The position numbers and the translations under genes are program-made. Below the pieces are notes generated by a model, which made no database searches, was not told where the DNA came from, and was given only the letters and a program-made list of their open reading frames with translations. From assembly GCA_016204975.1 (NCBI GenBank), contig JACQJP010000014.1:1-61492 (forward strand): a DNA stretch of 61,492 bases, in the 5' to 3' direction. Positions 19,688 through 29,833 of the stretch are shown here, piece by piece. Source of the stretch: Elusimicrobiota bacterium. Its GTDB lineage: Bacteria > Elusimicrobiota > Elusimicrobia > JACQJP01. Positions within the stretch are counted from its first letter, which is position 1. Every line of letters starts with the position of its first letter.

Positions 19688-20602
19688 TTACTCGAACCGA
19701 TGGATGATCTGGAGGGTGGTGCGGGAGCCGCGAAACCGGTTGCGGACCCCAAACTCAACGGGGTGAGAAACCAGGAAGGTCACAGAAGGGGTGCTATACA
19801 CCAGTCCCGGACCCAAGGCAAAGGCCCGCTCCTTGGAGTCGGCCGAGGCCGCGTCCCCCACCCGGTCGTCGCGGACCTGATGCAGAAAATATCCGGAGGC
19901 CCCCAAGCGCCACCGAGGCAGGACCTGGCGGGAAACGGCGTAATTGAGATGGAAGAGCGGGCCCGGCCGAATGTCCGTTTTATCATTGCGTCCATGGACG
20001 GCAAAAAGGAGGCGGCCACTGGTCTCCCATCCAGGAGCGAAAAGCCAGGTGAAGGAGTAGTAGGGTTCGAGGGTCAGAAGGTTGGAGCCGGGATTGGCGC
20101 TGAAGGAGGTATCATACTTTCCCGTGGGAAGGATGGCATCCACCTCCAGGCGATGAAAAAGGGGGCGGCCCAAAAGAGAGGAGTGGTTCCACTGCAGGGC
20201 GGGCCCCAGAGCGATGTCCCCCAAGCCCCCGGTATTGGAAGTCACCGGTACCGCTCCCAGAAAACCATCCCCGGTGGGAGCCGCAACCGGAATCACCATA
20301 TCCAGTCCCAGCGCCCCTCCGGCCAATGAAAACCGGGTCACATAAAAAATCTGGGTGAGGCCGGCCAGGGCCGTCGAACGGGCGCCTCCCGGCACAGGAT
20401 CTCCGTCCGAGCCGATCGCCTCGCGCCCATCCGCAAACTGAAGGTATTGAACTAAATAGACCCCCGGCGGAACCGGACCGCCATCCAAAAAGGAGGTGAC
20501 TCCGAAATTCGCGGGAGGCTGTTGGAAGGCCCAAGCCTGCTGCAGAAACCCGCCCGCCACCAAAAAAAACAACCAGATGACCCACCTCATCGGCCGAGGC
20601 AT
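19688..20602 (-). CDS. SphA / phenol MetA-pathway family outer-membrane channel
   Basis: Signal peptide; NFGVTSFLDG, GLGDIALGP, PTGKYD, NPGSN, ALGPG, C-terminal aromatic strand; start set at ATG 20602 to avoid overlap with divergent gene. Confidence 0.8.
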   Translation of the reverse strand: MPRPMRWVIWLFFLVAGGFLQQAWAFQQPPANFGVTSFLDGGPVPPGVYLVQYLQFADGREAIGSDGDPVPGGARSTALAGLTQIFYVTRFSLAGGALGLDMVIPVAAPTGDGFLGAVPVTSNTGGLGDIALGPALQWNHSSLLGRPLFHRLEVDAILPTGKYDTSFSANPGSNLLTLEPYYSFTWLFAPGWETSGRLLFAVHGRNDKTDIRPGPLFHLNYAVSRQVLPRWRLGASGYFLHQVRDDRVGDAASADSKERAFALGPGLVYSTPSVTFLVSHPVEFGVRNRFRGSRTTLQIIHRFE

Positions 20603-20633
20603 GATAACAAATTTGTAGAATATGCTGTAGCCT

Positions 20634-21452
20634 ATGATCCCACGGACTGCGCCCGGGACCCAAGCATTGTTTCTGGCCTTCTTGTGGACCTGTCCCCTCC
20701 TCTTCTCAGGGTGCGCCACGGTTCCCTACACCGGCAGAAAGAGGCTGTTGCTGCTCTCCGAGGGGGAGGAACTGGCGTTAGGAAAAAGAGCCTACCAGGA
20801 GGTCCTGCAAAACTCCAGGCTTGCACAAAACCCGGAGGCCCTGGCTCATCTTAAGCGCGTGGGCGAACGCCTGGCGGAGGTCTCCGGAAAAGCGCGCTTC
20901 GATTGGGAATTTAACCTGATCGAGGACGATAAAACCATCAATGCCTTCGTCCTGCCCGGAGGCAAGGTGGCGGTCTATACCGGCATCCTGAAGGCCACCC
21001 AGGACGAGGCCGGCTTGGCGGTGGTCCTGGGGCATGAAATTGGACACGCCGTCGCCCGCCACGGAGCGGAGCGCATCAGCCAACAACTTCTGGTGGGACT
21101 GGGGGGGACGGCCCTCCAGGTCCTTCTGGCCGGAAAAGACCCCGGCACCCAACGGGCCCTCCACCAGGCTTATGGAGTGGGGACCGGTCTGGGAGTGATT
21201 CTGCCCTTCAGCCGCAAGCATGAAGCGGAGGCGGATCACATCGGGCTCCTCCTGATGGCCAAGGCCGGATACGATCCCGAAGCCGCCGTCTCCTTCTGGG
21301 AAAGGATGGAAAATCTCTCCAAAGACCGCCGGTCTCCCGCAAGCCGATATTTCTCCACACATCCTACGCATCGAGAGAGGATCGCAAACATCCAAAAACT
21401 GCTGCCGGAAGCCAGAAAATACCTCCGCTTGATCCCCGACGTGCCGAAATGA
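20634..21452 (+). CDS. M48 family zinc metallopeptidase lipoprotein
   Basis: Lipobox FSGC; NAFVLPGGK, GHEIGH (HExxH), FSRKHEAEAD, STHP. Confidence 0.93.
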   Translation: MIPRTAPGTQALFLAFLWTCPLLFSGCATVPYTGRKRLLLLSEGEELALGKRAYQEVLQNSRLAQNPEALAHLKRVGERLAEVSGKARFDWEFNLIEDDKTINAFVLPGGKVAVYTGILKATQDEAGLAVVLGHEIGHAVARHGAERISQQLLVGLGGTALQVLLAGKDPGTQRALHQAYGVGTGLGVILPFSRKHEAEADHIGLLLMAKAGYDPEAAVSFWERMENLSKDRRSPASRYFSTHPTHRERIANIQKLLPEARKYLRLIPDVPK

Positions 21453-21512
21453 TAGGATATCAGGATATTGGAGCTATTGGTAAGGCCCCCATCTTATCAA
21501 AGAAGCGGCAAG

Positions 21513-21698
21513 ATGAGAAGAAAAGACTTTGTCCGTCATTTAAAAGACTGTGGCTGCCTGTTGCAAAGAGAGGGGGGGAAATACTCCATCTTCGAAAACC
21601 CCCAAAAACAGGTAGCCACCCCGGTGACCCGCCACACTGAGATCGCCGATTTCACCGTCCGGAAAATCTGCCGACAGCTGGGCATCCCCGAACCCTAG
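21513..21698 (+). CDS. hicA: HicA-family toxin (orphan, catalytic His replaced by Tyr)
   Basis: MRRKDFVRHLKDCGCLLQREGGKYSIF...VTRHTEI...RKICRQLGIP. Confidence 0.8.
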   Translation: MRRKDFVRHLKDCGCLLQREGGKYSIFENPQKQVATPVTRHTEIADFTVRKICRQLGIPEP

Positions 21699-21701
21699 TA
21701 C

Positions 21702-22337
21702 CTAACCGCCATCCCGCAGCTGAACAAGAAGCTGCCGCGCCAGAACCCTGGGTTTTCGGCACCAAACAGTCTGCATACCTAAGGCGTGGGCCTGGCGGAT
21801 ATTCTCCTTCCGATCGTCTATAAAAAGACACCGTTCCGGACGCGCACCGGCCATCCTCAATGCCCAACGGAATATCTTCGGCTTCGGCTTGGCTGCCCCC
21901 ACCTCGTAAGACCAGATCCTTCCATCCATACGGCGCAGGAAGGCATGTTTTTCCTGCAGGTGTTTTCCATGAACCACATTGGTGTTGGAGAGCACATAGC
22001 GGCGGATGCCCAGGGAGCCAAGCCTGCGCACCACCTCGACCATCTCCGCAATGGGGCGGAAGGGCGCATTCCACATCCTCCAGAAATCCCGCTCCGGGAT
22101 CCCCGTTCCCAAGCGCCCGCAAATCGCCCGGAAAAATTCCTGAGGGGAAACGCGGCCTTCCTCAAAAGCGTAGGCCAGCTCGTTAAACCACAGGATATGC
22201 TGAATCCGGATCAGAGGGAGCTGTGCCACTCGGCGGAACCTGCGCAACAGCTCCAGAGGATCAAAGCGGATCAACACATTCCCCATGTCAAAAAATACCA
22301 CCGAAACATCCTCCAAAAGGCCCTTCCCGCGTCTCAT
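21702..22337 (-). CDS. HAD family phosphatase
   Basis: FFDMGNVL, LSNTN, KPKPKIF, FIDDRKENI. Confidence 0.92.
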   Translation of the reverse strand: MRRGKGLLEDVSVVFFDMGNVLIRFDPLELLRRFRRVAQLPLIRIQHILWFNELAYAFEEGRVSPQEFFRAICGRLGTGIPERDFWRMWNAPFRPIAEMVEVVRRLGSLGIRRYVLSNTNVVHGKHLQEKHAFLRRMDGRIWSYEVGAAKPKPKIFRWALRMAGARPERCLFIDDRKENIRQAHALGMQTVWCRKPRVLARQLLVQLRDGG

Positions 22338-23104
22338 GGTTGTAGAATCAAAATCTCCACGCGGCGATTCTGAGCCCTTCCCCGCGCAGTCCGATTGTTC
22401 GCCAGCGGGCGCTCCTCTCCATAGCCCCGCACCGCAATTCGCCCGGCGTCCACCCCAAACCCGACCAGAATCTCCTTGACGCTTTCCGCCCTCTGCTCAG
22501 AGAGACGAAGGTTATAAGCATCCCCACCCTGAGCGTCGGTGTGGGCCATGATCAGGAGATTGTGTCCAGGGTAGCGCTTCAAAAGCTCCGCCAGGTAGGA
22601 AAGCTTCGGGCGTTCCCTCTCCTGAAACCGGGCCTGCCCGGACTCAAAATAAACATCCCCTACCAAACTCAGCAAAAGCCCGAAGTTCTGCATCTGCGGA
22701 AGAAAGGCCATCTCAAAACTAGCGCGCTCACCGGAACCTTTGTAAATCTCTCGAAAAACCCTCAGCAGCTCCGAGGGGCTGACGGTACCCCGTGGAGCGG
22801 CATCGGGTTGGGCCAAGGAATCCGACCGCCCCCGGGCCAGATCCCGGGCGACCCGGGCCTCCTCCAGAGCTATAAACCCATAGATCTCCGACATGGCGCG
22901 GTCCCGATGGACTTCCCAAACCCGCACTGCCTGCTCATAGTTTTTCCGGGCCCTGCCGTACCTCCCAGGAGCGATCCTCCGCGCCCCAAGGACCTCCGCC
23001 TCCTCCAGCATCCCCTGAGCTTGAGAGAGCACCCTGGGTCTGCGACCGGCAAAACAACCCCCCGAAAAAACCAGAACGGCCAGAACAACCGCCACACGTG
23101 TCAC
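22334..23104 (-). CDS. OmpA family peptidoglycan-binding (lipo)protein
   Basis: HTDAQG...YNLRLSEQRAESV...GYGEERP...GRAQNRRVEI; probable GTG start 23104. Confidence 0.88.
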   Translation of the reverse strand: MTRVAVVLAVLVFSGGCFAGRRPRVLSQAQGMLEEAEVLGARRIAPGRYGRARKNYEQAVRVWEVHRDRAMSEIYGFIALEEARVARDLARGRSDSLAQPDAAPRGTVSPSELLRVFREIYKGSGERASFEMAFLPQMQNFGLLLSLVGDVYFESGQARFQERERPKLSYLAELLKRYPGHNLLIMAHTDAQGGDAYNLRLSEQRAESVKEILVGFGVDAGRIAVRGYGEERPLANNRTARGRAQNRRVEILILQP

Positions 23105-23169
23105 CGCCCTGTAGTGTAGCTCAATTTGACAGAACCGGTCAAAAAAAATATTCTCTATCTCCACTCCCC

Positions 23170-24000
23170 ATGATTGGCGACAAGCTCCATATCGTCGTTT
23201 GCATCAAGCAGACCTCCTCCTCCACCAACGCCCAGTTTGACGCCAAGAAGGCGACCGTCCAGGCGGCAGGGGCACAGGCCGCCATCAATCCCTTCGATGA
23301 GTATGCCATCGAAGAAGGGGTCCGCATCCGCGAACGCCTGAATTCCAAAGCGACGGTCCATGCCCTCTCCCTGGGTCCAGCGGAGGCGGAATCCTCCCTC
23401 CGGGAAGCCATCGCCAAAGGTTGCGACGGCGCCACCCTCCTGAGCGATCCGCAGTTTGAGGGTTCCGACACCGCCGCCACCGCTTACCTTCTACAAAAAG
23501 GCATCGAAAAACTGGGAAAACTCAAAGGCCCGGTGGACCTGGTCCTCTGCGGTAAGCAAACCAACGACAGCGACGCCGGGGTGGTGGGCACCCAGGTCGC
23601 TGCCTGGTGGGATGTGCCCAGCGCCGCCTCCGTCCGCAAGGTGGTGGAGATCGCTCCCGGGAACCCCGGAAAAGTCGTCGTAGGCCGCATGATGGAGGAT
23701 GGAACCGACACCTTGGAGATGTCCCTTCCCGCAGTCCTGTCCATCGTCAAGGAGATCAATGAGCCGCGGATCGCCTCTTTAAAAGGGAAGATGGCCTCGC
23801 GAAAGGCGGAAATCGCCGTCTGGAGACTTTCCGATCTGGAGGCCGAAGTTGAAAAGATCGGAGCAGCCGGAAGCGCCCTGAGGATGGGGGAAACCTACCC
23901 CCCTCCCAAACGAAGCGGAGGAGAGGTCATTGAAGGAAAAAGCCCTCAAGAAAAAGCAAAGAAACTCCTGCAAAAACTAAAAGAAACCAAGTTGCTATAA
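23170..24000 (+). CDS. etfB: Electron transfer flavoprotein beta subunit
   Basis: IVVCIKQ, INPFDEYAIEE, GSDTAAT, LCGKQTND, INEPR. Confidence 0.93.
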   Translation: MIGDKLHIVVCIKQTSSSTNAQFDAKKATVQAAGAQAAINPFDEYAIEEGVRIRERLNSKATVHALSLGPAEAESSLREAIAKGCDGATLLSDPQFEGSDTAATAYLLQKGIEKLGKLKGPVDLVLCGKQTNDSDAGVVGTQVAAWWDVPSAASVRKVVEIAPGNPGKVVVGRMMEDGTDTLEMSLPAVLSIVKEINEPRIASLKGKMASRKAEIAVWRLSDLEAEVEKIGAAGSALRMGETYPPPKRSGGEVIEGKSPQEKAKKLLQKLKETKLL

Positions 24001-24033
24001 GCCCAAGGGGACCGAACCCTTTCAGATTGAACC

Positions 24034-25026
24034 ATGCCATCGGATATCTGGTGTGTCGCGGAGCAGCGCCGAGGAACCTTCCTGCCGACGATTCAGGAGC
24101 TTCTCTCCATAGGAAAAAAGCTCGCCCGCGAGCTCCAGGAAAAACTCACCGTCATCACCATCGGCTCGGGGGTGGAGTCTGCAGCCCGGGAATTTGGAAA
24201 ATACGGAGCGGAGCGGGTGCTGGTCGTCGATCACCCAGCCCTGGCCCACTACACCGACGAGGGCCACGCCCGGGCCTTGGCGGAGGTCGTCCGAAAGGAA
24301 GATCCCAGGGCGTTGCTATTTCCCTGCTCCGCCAACGGGCGATCCTGGGCGGGGCGCTGCGCAGTTTTGTTGGAAGCGGGCCTGGGCACGGACGTGACCG
24401 AACTTACCATAGATCCTCAAAGCAAAACCCTGAAGATGGTACGCCCCTGCTGCGGAGCAAGCCTGCTGATGCCGCTATCTTGCCGAACTCGCTTCCCCCA
24501 GATGGCGGCTGTGCGCCCGGGAGCCTTCCCGCGCGCCGAGATACAGGCTGGGAAAACCCCGGAGGTCCGTAAAATAGACCTCGACCCCTCTCGGTGGAAG
24601 CTCCGAACTCAGTTTAAGGGCTTTGAAGAGGACCACTCGCAGGTCAAGGATATCGCTCAGGCAGAGATCATCGTTTCCGGAGGGTACGGGGTGGGCGGAG
24701 CGGATGGATTTTCTCTGTTGGAGGAGCTGGCCAAACTGCTCGGAGGAGCGGTAGGCGCCTCACGGCGCGCAGTGGATCTGGGTTGGATCCCCTACCGACA
24801 TCAAGTGGGCCTGACCGGGCGAACCATCAAACCGCGCCTCTACATCGCCTGCGGCATCTCCGGCCAGATTCAGCACTTGGCCGGCATGTCCCAGTCCGAC
24901 GTGATCGTAGCCATCAATAAGGATTCCCAAGCCCCCCTTATGAAGCTCTGCAACTACGCGGTGGAGGGAGACCTCTTCGAACTCCTTCCCGCTCTCATCG
25001 AAGAGATTAAGAAATCCAAGGGCTAG
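24034..25026 (+). CDS. etfA: Electron transfer flavoprotein alpha subunit
   Basis: IIVSGGYG, GASRRAVD, QVGLTG, YIACGISGQIQH, AINKD. Confidence 0.95.
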   Translation: MPSDIWCVAEQRRGTFLPTIQELLSIGKKLARELQEKLTVITIGSGVESAAREFGKYGAERVLVVDHPALAHYTDEGHARALAEVVRKEDPRALLFPCSANGRSWAGRCAVLLEAGLGTDVTELTIDPQSKTLKMVRPCCGASLLMPLSCRTRFPQMAAVRPGAFPRAEIQAGKTPEVRKIDLDPSRWKLRTQFKGFEEDHSQVKDIAQAEIIVSGGYGVGGADGFSLLEELAKLLGGAVGASRRAVDLGWIPYRHQVGLTGRTIKPRLYIACGISGQIQHLAGMSQSDVIVAINKDSQAPLMKLCNYAVEGDLFELLPALIEEIKKSKG

Positions 25027-25172
25027 CCTCAATCTGTTGAACGTCAGGGGGAGCCAATTTTGCGCAGGTTGCGAGAAAGGTATTTCTTTCTCGAGAGAAA
25101 TGCTTTGATCTCATGTCGGACGCCGGTACTTGAAGAAAGTATTGATTTCTGTTATCATGATAATAGAAATCA

Positions 25173-26336
25173 ATGGCTGCACATCAAAAATTCAAGCGCC
25201 TACAAACCTTAGCCGGCCGTGGCTCGCGGCCTTGCTTCCTTTGGGGCCCGCGCCAAACCGGAAAAAGCACTCTCCTTAAGGAGCTTTTTCCGGCTGCACG
25301 CAACTACGACATCCTCTTATCCGAGGAGTTCGAGCGTCTCGTGAGAAAACCGTCTATTCTCCGCGAAGAAGTGTTGGCCTCTTCTTCGCCTCATGGATCT
25401 CCGATCGTGATCGACGAAGTTCAGAAGATTCCCTCGCTTCTTGACGAAATCCATTGGCTCATCCGGGAGCGAGCGGTTCCGTTCATCCTCTGCGGCTCCA
25501 GCCCCCGCAAGCTCATCCGCGGCGGAGGAGGACTCCTGGGCGGACGCGCCCTCAGATACGAGCTCCATCCTCTGGTCTACCCGGAAATTCCTGGCTTTGA
25601 CCTTGTACGGGCTCTCAATCACGGGTTGCTTGCGCCCCACTATGTATCCGACGATCCCATCCCCCAGCTCCATGCTTATGTGGGAAGCTATTTGAGGGAA
25701 GAGATCGCAGCGGAAGGCTTGGCGCGGAGCCTGCCTGTTTTTGCCCGTTTCCTGGAGTCGGCCGCATTCTCGAACGGCGAAATCATCAACTACCAGAATG
25801 TCGCCTCAGACTGCGGCGTCAGCCGGCCGACCGCCACGGCCTATTTCGAGATTCTTTCGGACACCCTCATCGGACGATTTCTCCCCTCATTCCGGAAGAG
25901 GCCCAAGCGTCGGGTCATTCAGGCACCCAAGTTCTATTTTTTCGACCTTGGGCTGGCGAACATGCTGCTCAAACGCGGCCGACTCGAACCCGGCGGGGAA
26001 GCTTTTGGGAAAGCTCTGGAGCACTTTATCCATCAAGAGATCATCGCGCACAGCCACTACAGCAGGCTTGGCTATCCCCTGTCGTTCTGGCGGACGGCCT
26101 CCCAACTCGAAGTGGACTTCATTCTGGGTGAAGGAGAGGTGGCCGTGGAGGTCAAGGCTGTTGCGCCGGTGTCGGAGCGCCATCTGCGGGGCCTGCGCGC
26201 TTTCCGCGAGGAATACCGGCCGCGCCGGTCCGTGGTGGTTTCTCTGGATGCCCGCCCCCGCATCATGGACGGAATCCAGGTGCTTCCTTGGAGAGAATTC
26301 CTTGAGGAGCTCTGGGCGGGCAAGCTCATCCACTGA
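25173..26336 (+). CDS. AAA_14 ATPase with DUF4143 C-terminal domain
   Basis: GPRQTGKST Walker A, IDEVQK Walker B, KFYFFDLG, EVDF...VEVK. Confidence 0.9.
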   Translation: MAAHQKFKRLQTLAGRGSRPCFLWGPRQTGKSTLLKELFPAARNYDILLSEEFERLVRKPSILREEVLASSSPHGSPIVIDEVQKIPSLLDEIHWLIRERAVPFILCGSSPRKLIRGGGGLLGGRALRYELHPLVYPEIPGFDLVRALNHGLLAPHYVSDDPIPQLHAYVGSYLREEIAAEGLARSLPVFARFLESAAFSNGEIINYQNVASDCGVSRPTATAYFEILSDTLIGRFLPSFRKRPKRRVIQAPKFYFFDLGLANMLLKRGRLEPGGEAFGKALEHFIHQEIIAHSHYSRLGYPLSFWRTASQLEVDFILGEGEVAVEVKAVAPVSERHLRGLRAFREEYRPRRSVVVSLDARPRIMDGIQVLPWREFLEELWAGKLIH

Positions 26337-26348
26337 AGCGTTTGCGGT

Positions 26349-27104
26349 TCAGGCCCGGGATGACTTACCTGAGACTAAGGTGGGGATGGCTCCTCGAAGG
26401 TGCCGGGCATCCTCAAACATGTGACGGTTATTGAAGAAGACGCAGCCGGTTTTTGAGCGGCACCACTGCGCCAGACGCTCCAGCTCCTGTGCCGAGTAGC
26501 GATGGCCGTGGTCAATGCGGCGTCCCACATAGGCCCCGTGCAGGCGCGCATAAGCGACCTTCCCAAAAAGCTCCCCATATTGCAGGGGGTCCCCACCAAA
26601 AAACAACCCCAGATCCCTGCAGATCTTCAAAACCAGTTTCCCATCCCAACGCTCGATCCACGGCTCCCACACAAACAGAAAATCCCCCCTGTGAATCTGT
26701 TTAAAAAAGCGGTAGAGGTTTCTCAAAAGCTCCGGGTGGGGATAAAAAGTTGGGGGGGTCTGAAACAGGATCCAGCGGGCCCGGAGCACCTGCGCCACTT
26801 CGGCGGTTCTGCGCCACGCTCGGAGCACCTCCTCGCTCCAACGGAAATAGCCGCACCGATCCCTTTGCCGACTGGAAAGCTTCTCCCGCAACCTCCGGTA
26901 GGTTGCACTTTGGGCAGGATGGGTGATGAGTTGCCAGGCCTTCACCGTGAATTCAAAATCCGCAGGGGCTTGCTTTCGCCACCTCTCGATGGTCCGCAGG
27001 GCCGGCAACTGATAAAAGGTGGAATCGATCTCCACGACCTCAAACTCCCGATAGTACCTCTGCTGGGATACGGGAAATCCGCAACAACCGATCTTCAAAG
27101 GCAT
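26349..27104 (-). CDS. DUF72 domain protein
   Basis: IGCCGF, VEIDSTFY, FTVKA, LFQTPP, YARLHG, FFNN. Confidence 0.9.
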   Translation of the reverse strand: MPLKIGCCGFPVSQQRYYREFEVVEIDSTFYQLPALRTIERWRKQAPADFEFTVKAWQLITHPAQSATYRRLREKLSSRQRDRCGYFRWSEEVLRAWRRTAEVAQVLRARWILFQTPPTFYPHPELLRNLYRFFKQIHRGDFLFVWEPWIERWDGKLVLKICRDLGLFFGGDPLQYGELFGKVAYARLHGAYVGRRIDHGHRYSAQELERLAQWCRSKTGCVFFNNRHMFEDARHLRGAIPTLVSGKSSRA

Positions 27105-28171
27105 GGTCGCAGTACCTTTTCCAAGGAGCGAAGCTGAGGAGGGATCAGAATCTTGCGAAACCTCCCCTTCAAAATGGTCTCAGGATCCTTGAGTCCGTGG
27201 CCGGTTAGAACACAAACGATTCGCAAGCCCGGGCTGGAGAGATTCCTATCCTTTTTTTGAAGACACCGGACCAGGCCGGCCACCCCGGTGGCCGAGGAGG
27301 GCTCGCAAAAAATCCCCTCGCTTCGGGCCAGATGATGGTACGCTTGCAGAATCTCCCGATCGGACACCGCCCCTATCTCTCCCCCCGACTCCTCCACAGC
27401 CATAACCGCTCCCTTCCAGGAGATGGGATTGCCGATCCGGATGGCGGTGGCCAGCGTCCGTGGCTTGAGAACCGGCCTGCCTAAAACGAGGGGGGCGGCC
27501 CCTTGGGCCTGAAAACCCATCATCTTGGGCAGGGCCCCTCCCCCCACCTTCCCTTGGGAGCGGAATATCTCCCGATACCCCATCCAGTACGCGGTGATGT
27601 TGCCGGCGTTGCCTACCGGCATAAACTGGTAATCCGGAAATCGGCCCAGGGCTTGCGTCACCTCGTAAGCGGCGGTCTTCTGCCCCTGCAGGCGGTAGGG
27701 ATTTAAGGAGTTCACCAGGGTCTTGTTCCACCTTTTCGCCGCTTGCCGTGCCAACGTCAAGGCCTGATCGAAGTTCCCCCGAACCTGCACCACCCGCGCC
27801 CCATGCGCCAAGGCCTGAACGAGTTTCCCCAAGGCCACCTTTCCGGCCGGAAGAAGGACCGTGCAAGAAAGCCCCGCCCGGGCCGCGTAGGCGGCCGCCG
27901 AGGCGGCGGTGTTGCCGGTGGAGGCGCAGAGAATTCCGGAGGAGCCCTCCTCCAGGGCCTTGGAAACGGCCAGGGCCATACCACGATCCTTAAAGGATCC
28001 GGTGGGGTTGGACCCCTCCCATTTCAGATACAGAATCTCCGCAGGAAGGCCGATTCGTCGCGCCAAGCGGGGCGCCGGCAAAAGAGGCGTGCTCCCCTCC
28101 TCCAAACTCACGATGGGAGTCCGGGAAGAAACCGGAAGAACCTTCCGAAAACGCTCCACGACTCCGGCCAT
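27095..28171 (-). CDS. thrC: Threonine synthase
   Basis: NPTGSFKDRG PLP lysine, CASTGNT, PVGNAGN, TGHGLKDP. Confidence 0.95.
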   Translation of the reverse strand: MAGVVERFRKVLPVSSRTPIVSLEEGSTPLLPAPRLARRIGLPAEILYLKWEGSNPTGSFKDRGMALAVSKALEEGSSGILCASTGNTAASAAAYAARAGLSCTVLLPAGKVALGKLVQALAHGARVVQVRGNFDQALTLARQAAKRWNKTLVNSLNPYRLQGQKTAAYEVTQALGRFPDYQFMPVGNAGNITAYWMGYREIFRSQGKVGGGALPKMMGFQAQGAAPLVLGRPVLKPRTLATAIRIGNPISWKGAVMAVEESGGEIGAVSDREILQAYHHLARSEGIFCEPSSATGVAGLVRCLQKKDRNLSSPGLRIVCVLTGHGLKDPETILKGRFRKILIPPQLRSLEKVLRPCL

Positions 28172-28177
28172 GGCGTG

Positions 28178-29494
28178 CTAGTCCAACAGGCGAATAGAGA
28201 GGGGATCCCTCCGGACTCCGCGCAGCAAGCGGAGGCCGTGAAATGCCTTTTGAAAGCGCTCTTCCCGAGCGGAGTGGGTCACCAGCCGGATCGCGCAAGC
28301 CCCCTGCGAGGTGGCCTCCTGAAAGATCTCCGCGATGGAAACCCCTGCCCTTCCCAAAACCCCACAGACCTTGGACAAAACCCCGGGACGATCCCCCACC
28401 TGAAGTCTCAGAAAGTAGCGAAACACCTCTCCATCCAGGCTTTCCAGGCGAACAGGATGAGAGGATTGCGTAAACCCTGCGCCTCCGTGAAGGCAGACCC
28501 TCCGCTGTTGGCAAATCCAAACCAGGTCGCCCAAGACCGCGCTGGCCGCCGGATAGGCCCCGGCCCCCTTTCCATAAAAAAACAAATCCCCTGCCGCATC
28601 CGTCTCCACAAAAACCCCATTGTACTCCCCATGGACCGCAGCCAAGGGGTGCCCCAGGGGAACCAGCCTGGGATGCACCCAGGGCAGGACCCGGACCCCT
28701 TCACCTCGAAAACCTCCTAGAAACCGGAACCCCGCCAAAAGGCGCACCGCCCGGCCCAGTTTCTCCTGAGCGAAGATAACATCCTCCACAGAAACCCCGC
28801 CGATTCCCTCGCAGGGGATTCGGTTGCAACGCACCCAGCCTCCGGCAACCAAAGAAGCCAATACCGAAAGCTTGTGAGCGGAATCCACCCCCTCTGTGTC
28901 CATCCAGGAGCGCCTCTCCGCCAGACCTCTGCGCTGGGCCTCCTTCAGAGCTTCCCTTTGAGAAATCTTCCGGTGCGCCATCTGTGTCAGAACGAAGTTG
29001 GCGGTACCGTTTAAAATTCCCAACAGGGAGCGGACTCGGCTGGCGCTCAAGCCCTGCCGCAGAGAAAGCACAATGGGAATCCCCCCGGCCACCGCCGCCT
29101 CCAGCCCTAAAAATCGCCGAGCGACCTGCGCCCGATGCACCAGCTGCGGCCAAGAATGCGAAAGAAGCTGTTTATTGGCGGTGACGACGTGCTTGCCGGA
29201 AGCCAAAGCCTGGAGGATCAGTCCCCGCGCTGGAGCCACTCCCCCGATGAGCTCCACGACCACATCCACCGCAGGATCCCGGAGCGCCCGCCTAAAATCC
29301 TTCTCCAGACGGGGCCGCATTCCTACTGCCCCGAGCCTTCTCCACTTGGGGCCGACATGCCGGTCGCAAACCCAGGACAACTCCCACCGCGCTCCGGAGC
29401 GTCCCTCCAGCATGGGCTTCGACCGAGACAGAAGCCGCACCAGGCCCTGCCCCACCGTTCCCAAACCGACCAAACCGATCCGAAAAGGCTCCAT
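28178..29494 (-). CDS. hom: Homoserine dehydrogenase with ACT domain
   Basis: GLGTVG, VELIGG, VVTANK, EAAVAGGIP, GILNGT, GKGAG, DRPGVL. Confidence 0.95.
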   Translation of the reverse strand: MEPFRIGLVGLGTVGQGLVRLLSRSKPMLEGRSGARWELSWVCDRHVGPKWRRLGAVGMRPRLEKDFRRALRDPAVDVVVELIGGVAPARGLILQALASGKHVVTANKQLLSHSWPQLVHRAQVARRFLGLEAAVAGGIPIVLSLRQGLSASRVRSLLGILNGTANFVLTQMAHRKISQREALKEAQRRGLAERRSWMDTEGVDSAHKLSVLASLVAGGWVRCNRIPCEGIGGVSVEDVIFAQEKLGRAVRLLAGFRFLGGFRGEGVRVLPWVHPRLVPLGHPLAAVHGEYNGVFVETDAAGDLFFYGKGAGAYPAASAVLGDLVWICQQRRVCLHGGAGFTQSSHPVRLESLDGEVFRYFLRLQVGDRPGVLSKVCGVLGRAGVSIAEIFQEATSQGACAIRLVTHSAREERFQKAFHGLRLLRGVRRDPLSIRLLD

Positions 29495-29504
29495 CGGGTA
29501 TGGT

Positions 29505-29813
29505 TTAGATCAACTCCGGCCCCTCATCTTTTTTGGGACGTTCCACGACCTCCGGAAAACGCCGACCGGTCCGCAGAACATACCACGCCAGACCCAAGCA
29601 GGCCAAGCCATAGGCGAGTTCAAAACCCCCATAGCGAAGCCACTCCTGGCGGGACACAAAACCCCAGGGCTCCGGAGCATACAGATTCGCCTCCGGCTCC
29701 CCCCAGAATAGATCGTAAACCGCTTTGACGCAGACCAAAGACCCTACAAAGGCGAGAACCGTCGCCGCAAGGCGGAACAGCCCACGAATCTTCACTTTCT
29801 GCAGAGCCGCCAT
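29505..29813 (-). CDS. Small membrane hypothetical protein
   Basis: Two hydrophobic helices; fills gap in co-directional operon. Confidence 0.65.
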   Translation of the reverse strand: MAALQKVKIRGLFRLAATVLAFVGSLVCVKAVYDLFWGEPEANLYAPEPWGFVSRQEWLRYGGFELAYGLACLGLAWYVLRTGRRFPEVVERPKKDEGPELI

Positions 29814-29833
29814 GGGTGAACGAGCGGGTAGGA

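Noticed and set aside
25173-26336. AAA/DUF4143 gene as a novel defence system
   Set aside because: Widespread stand-alone gene with no partner genes here
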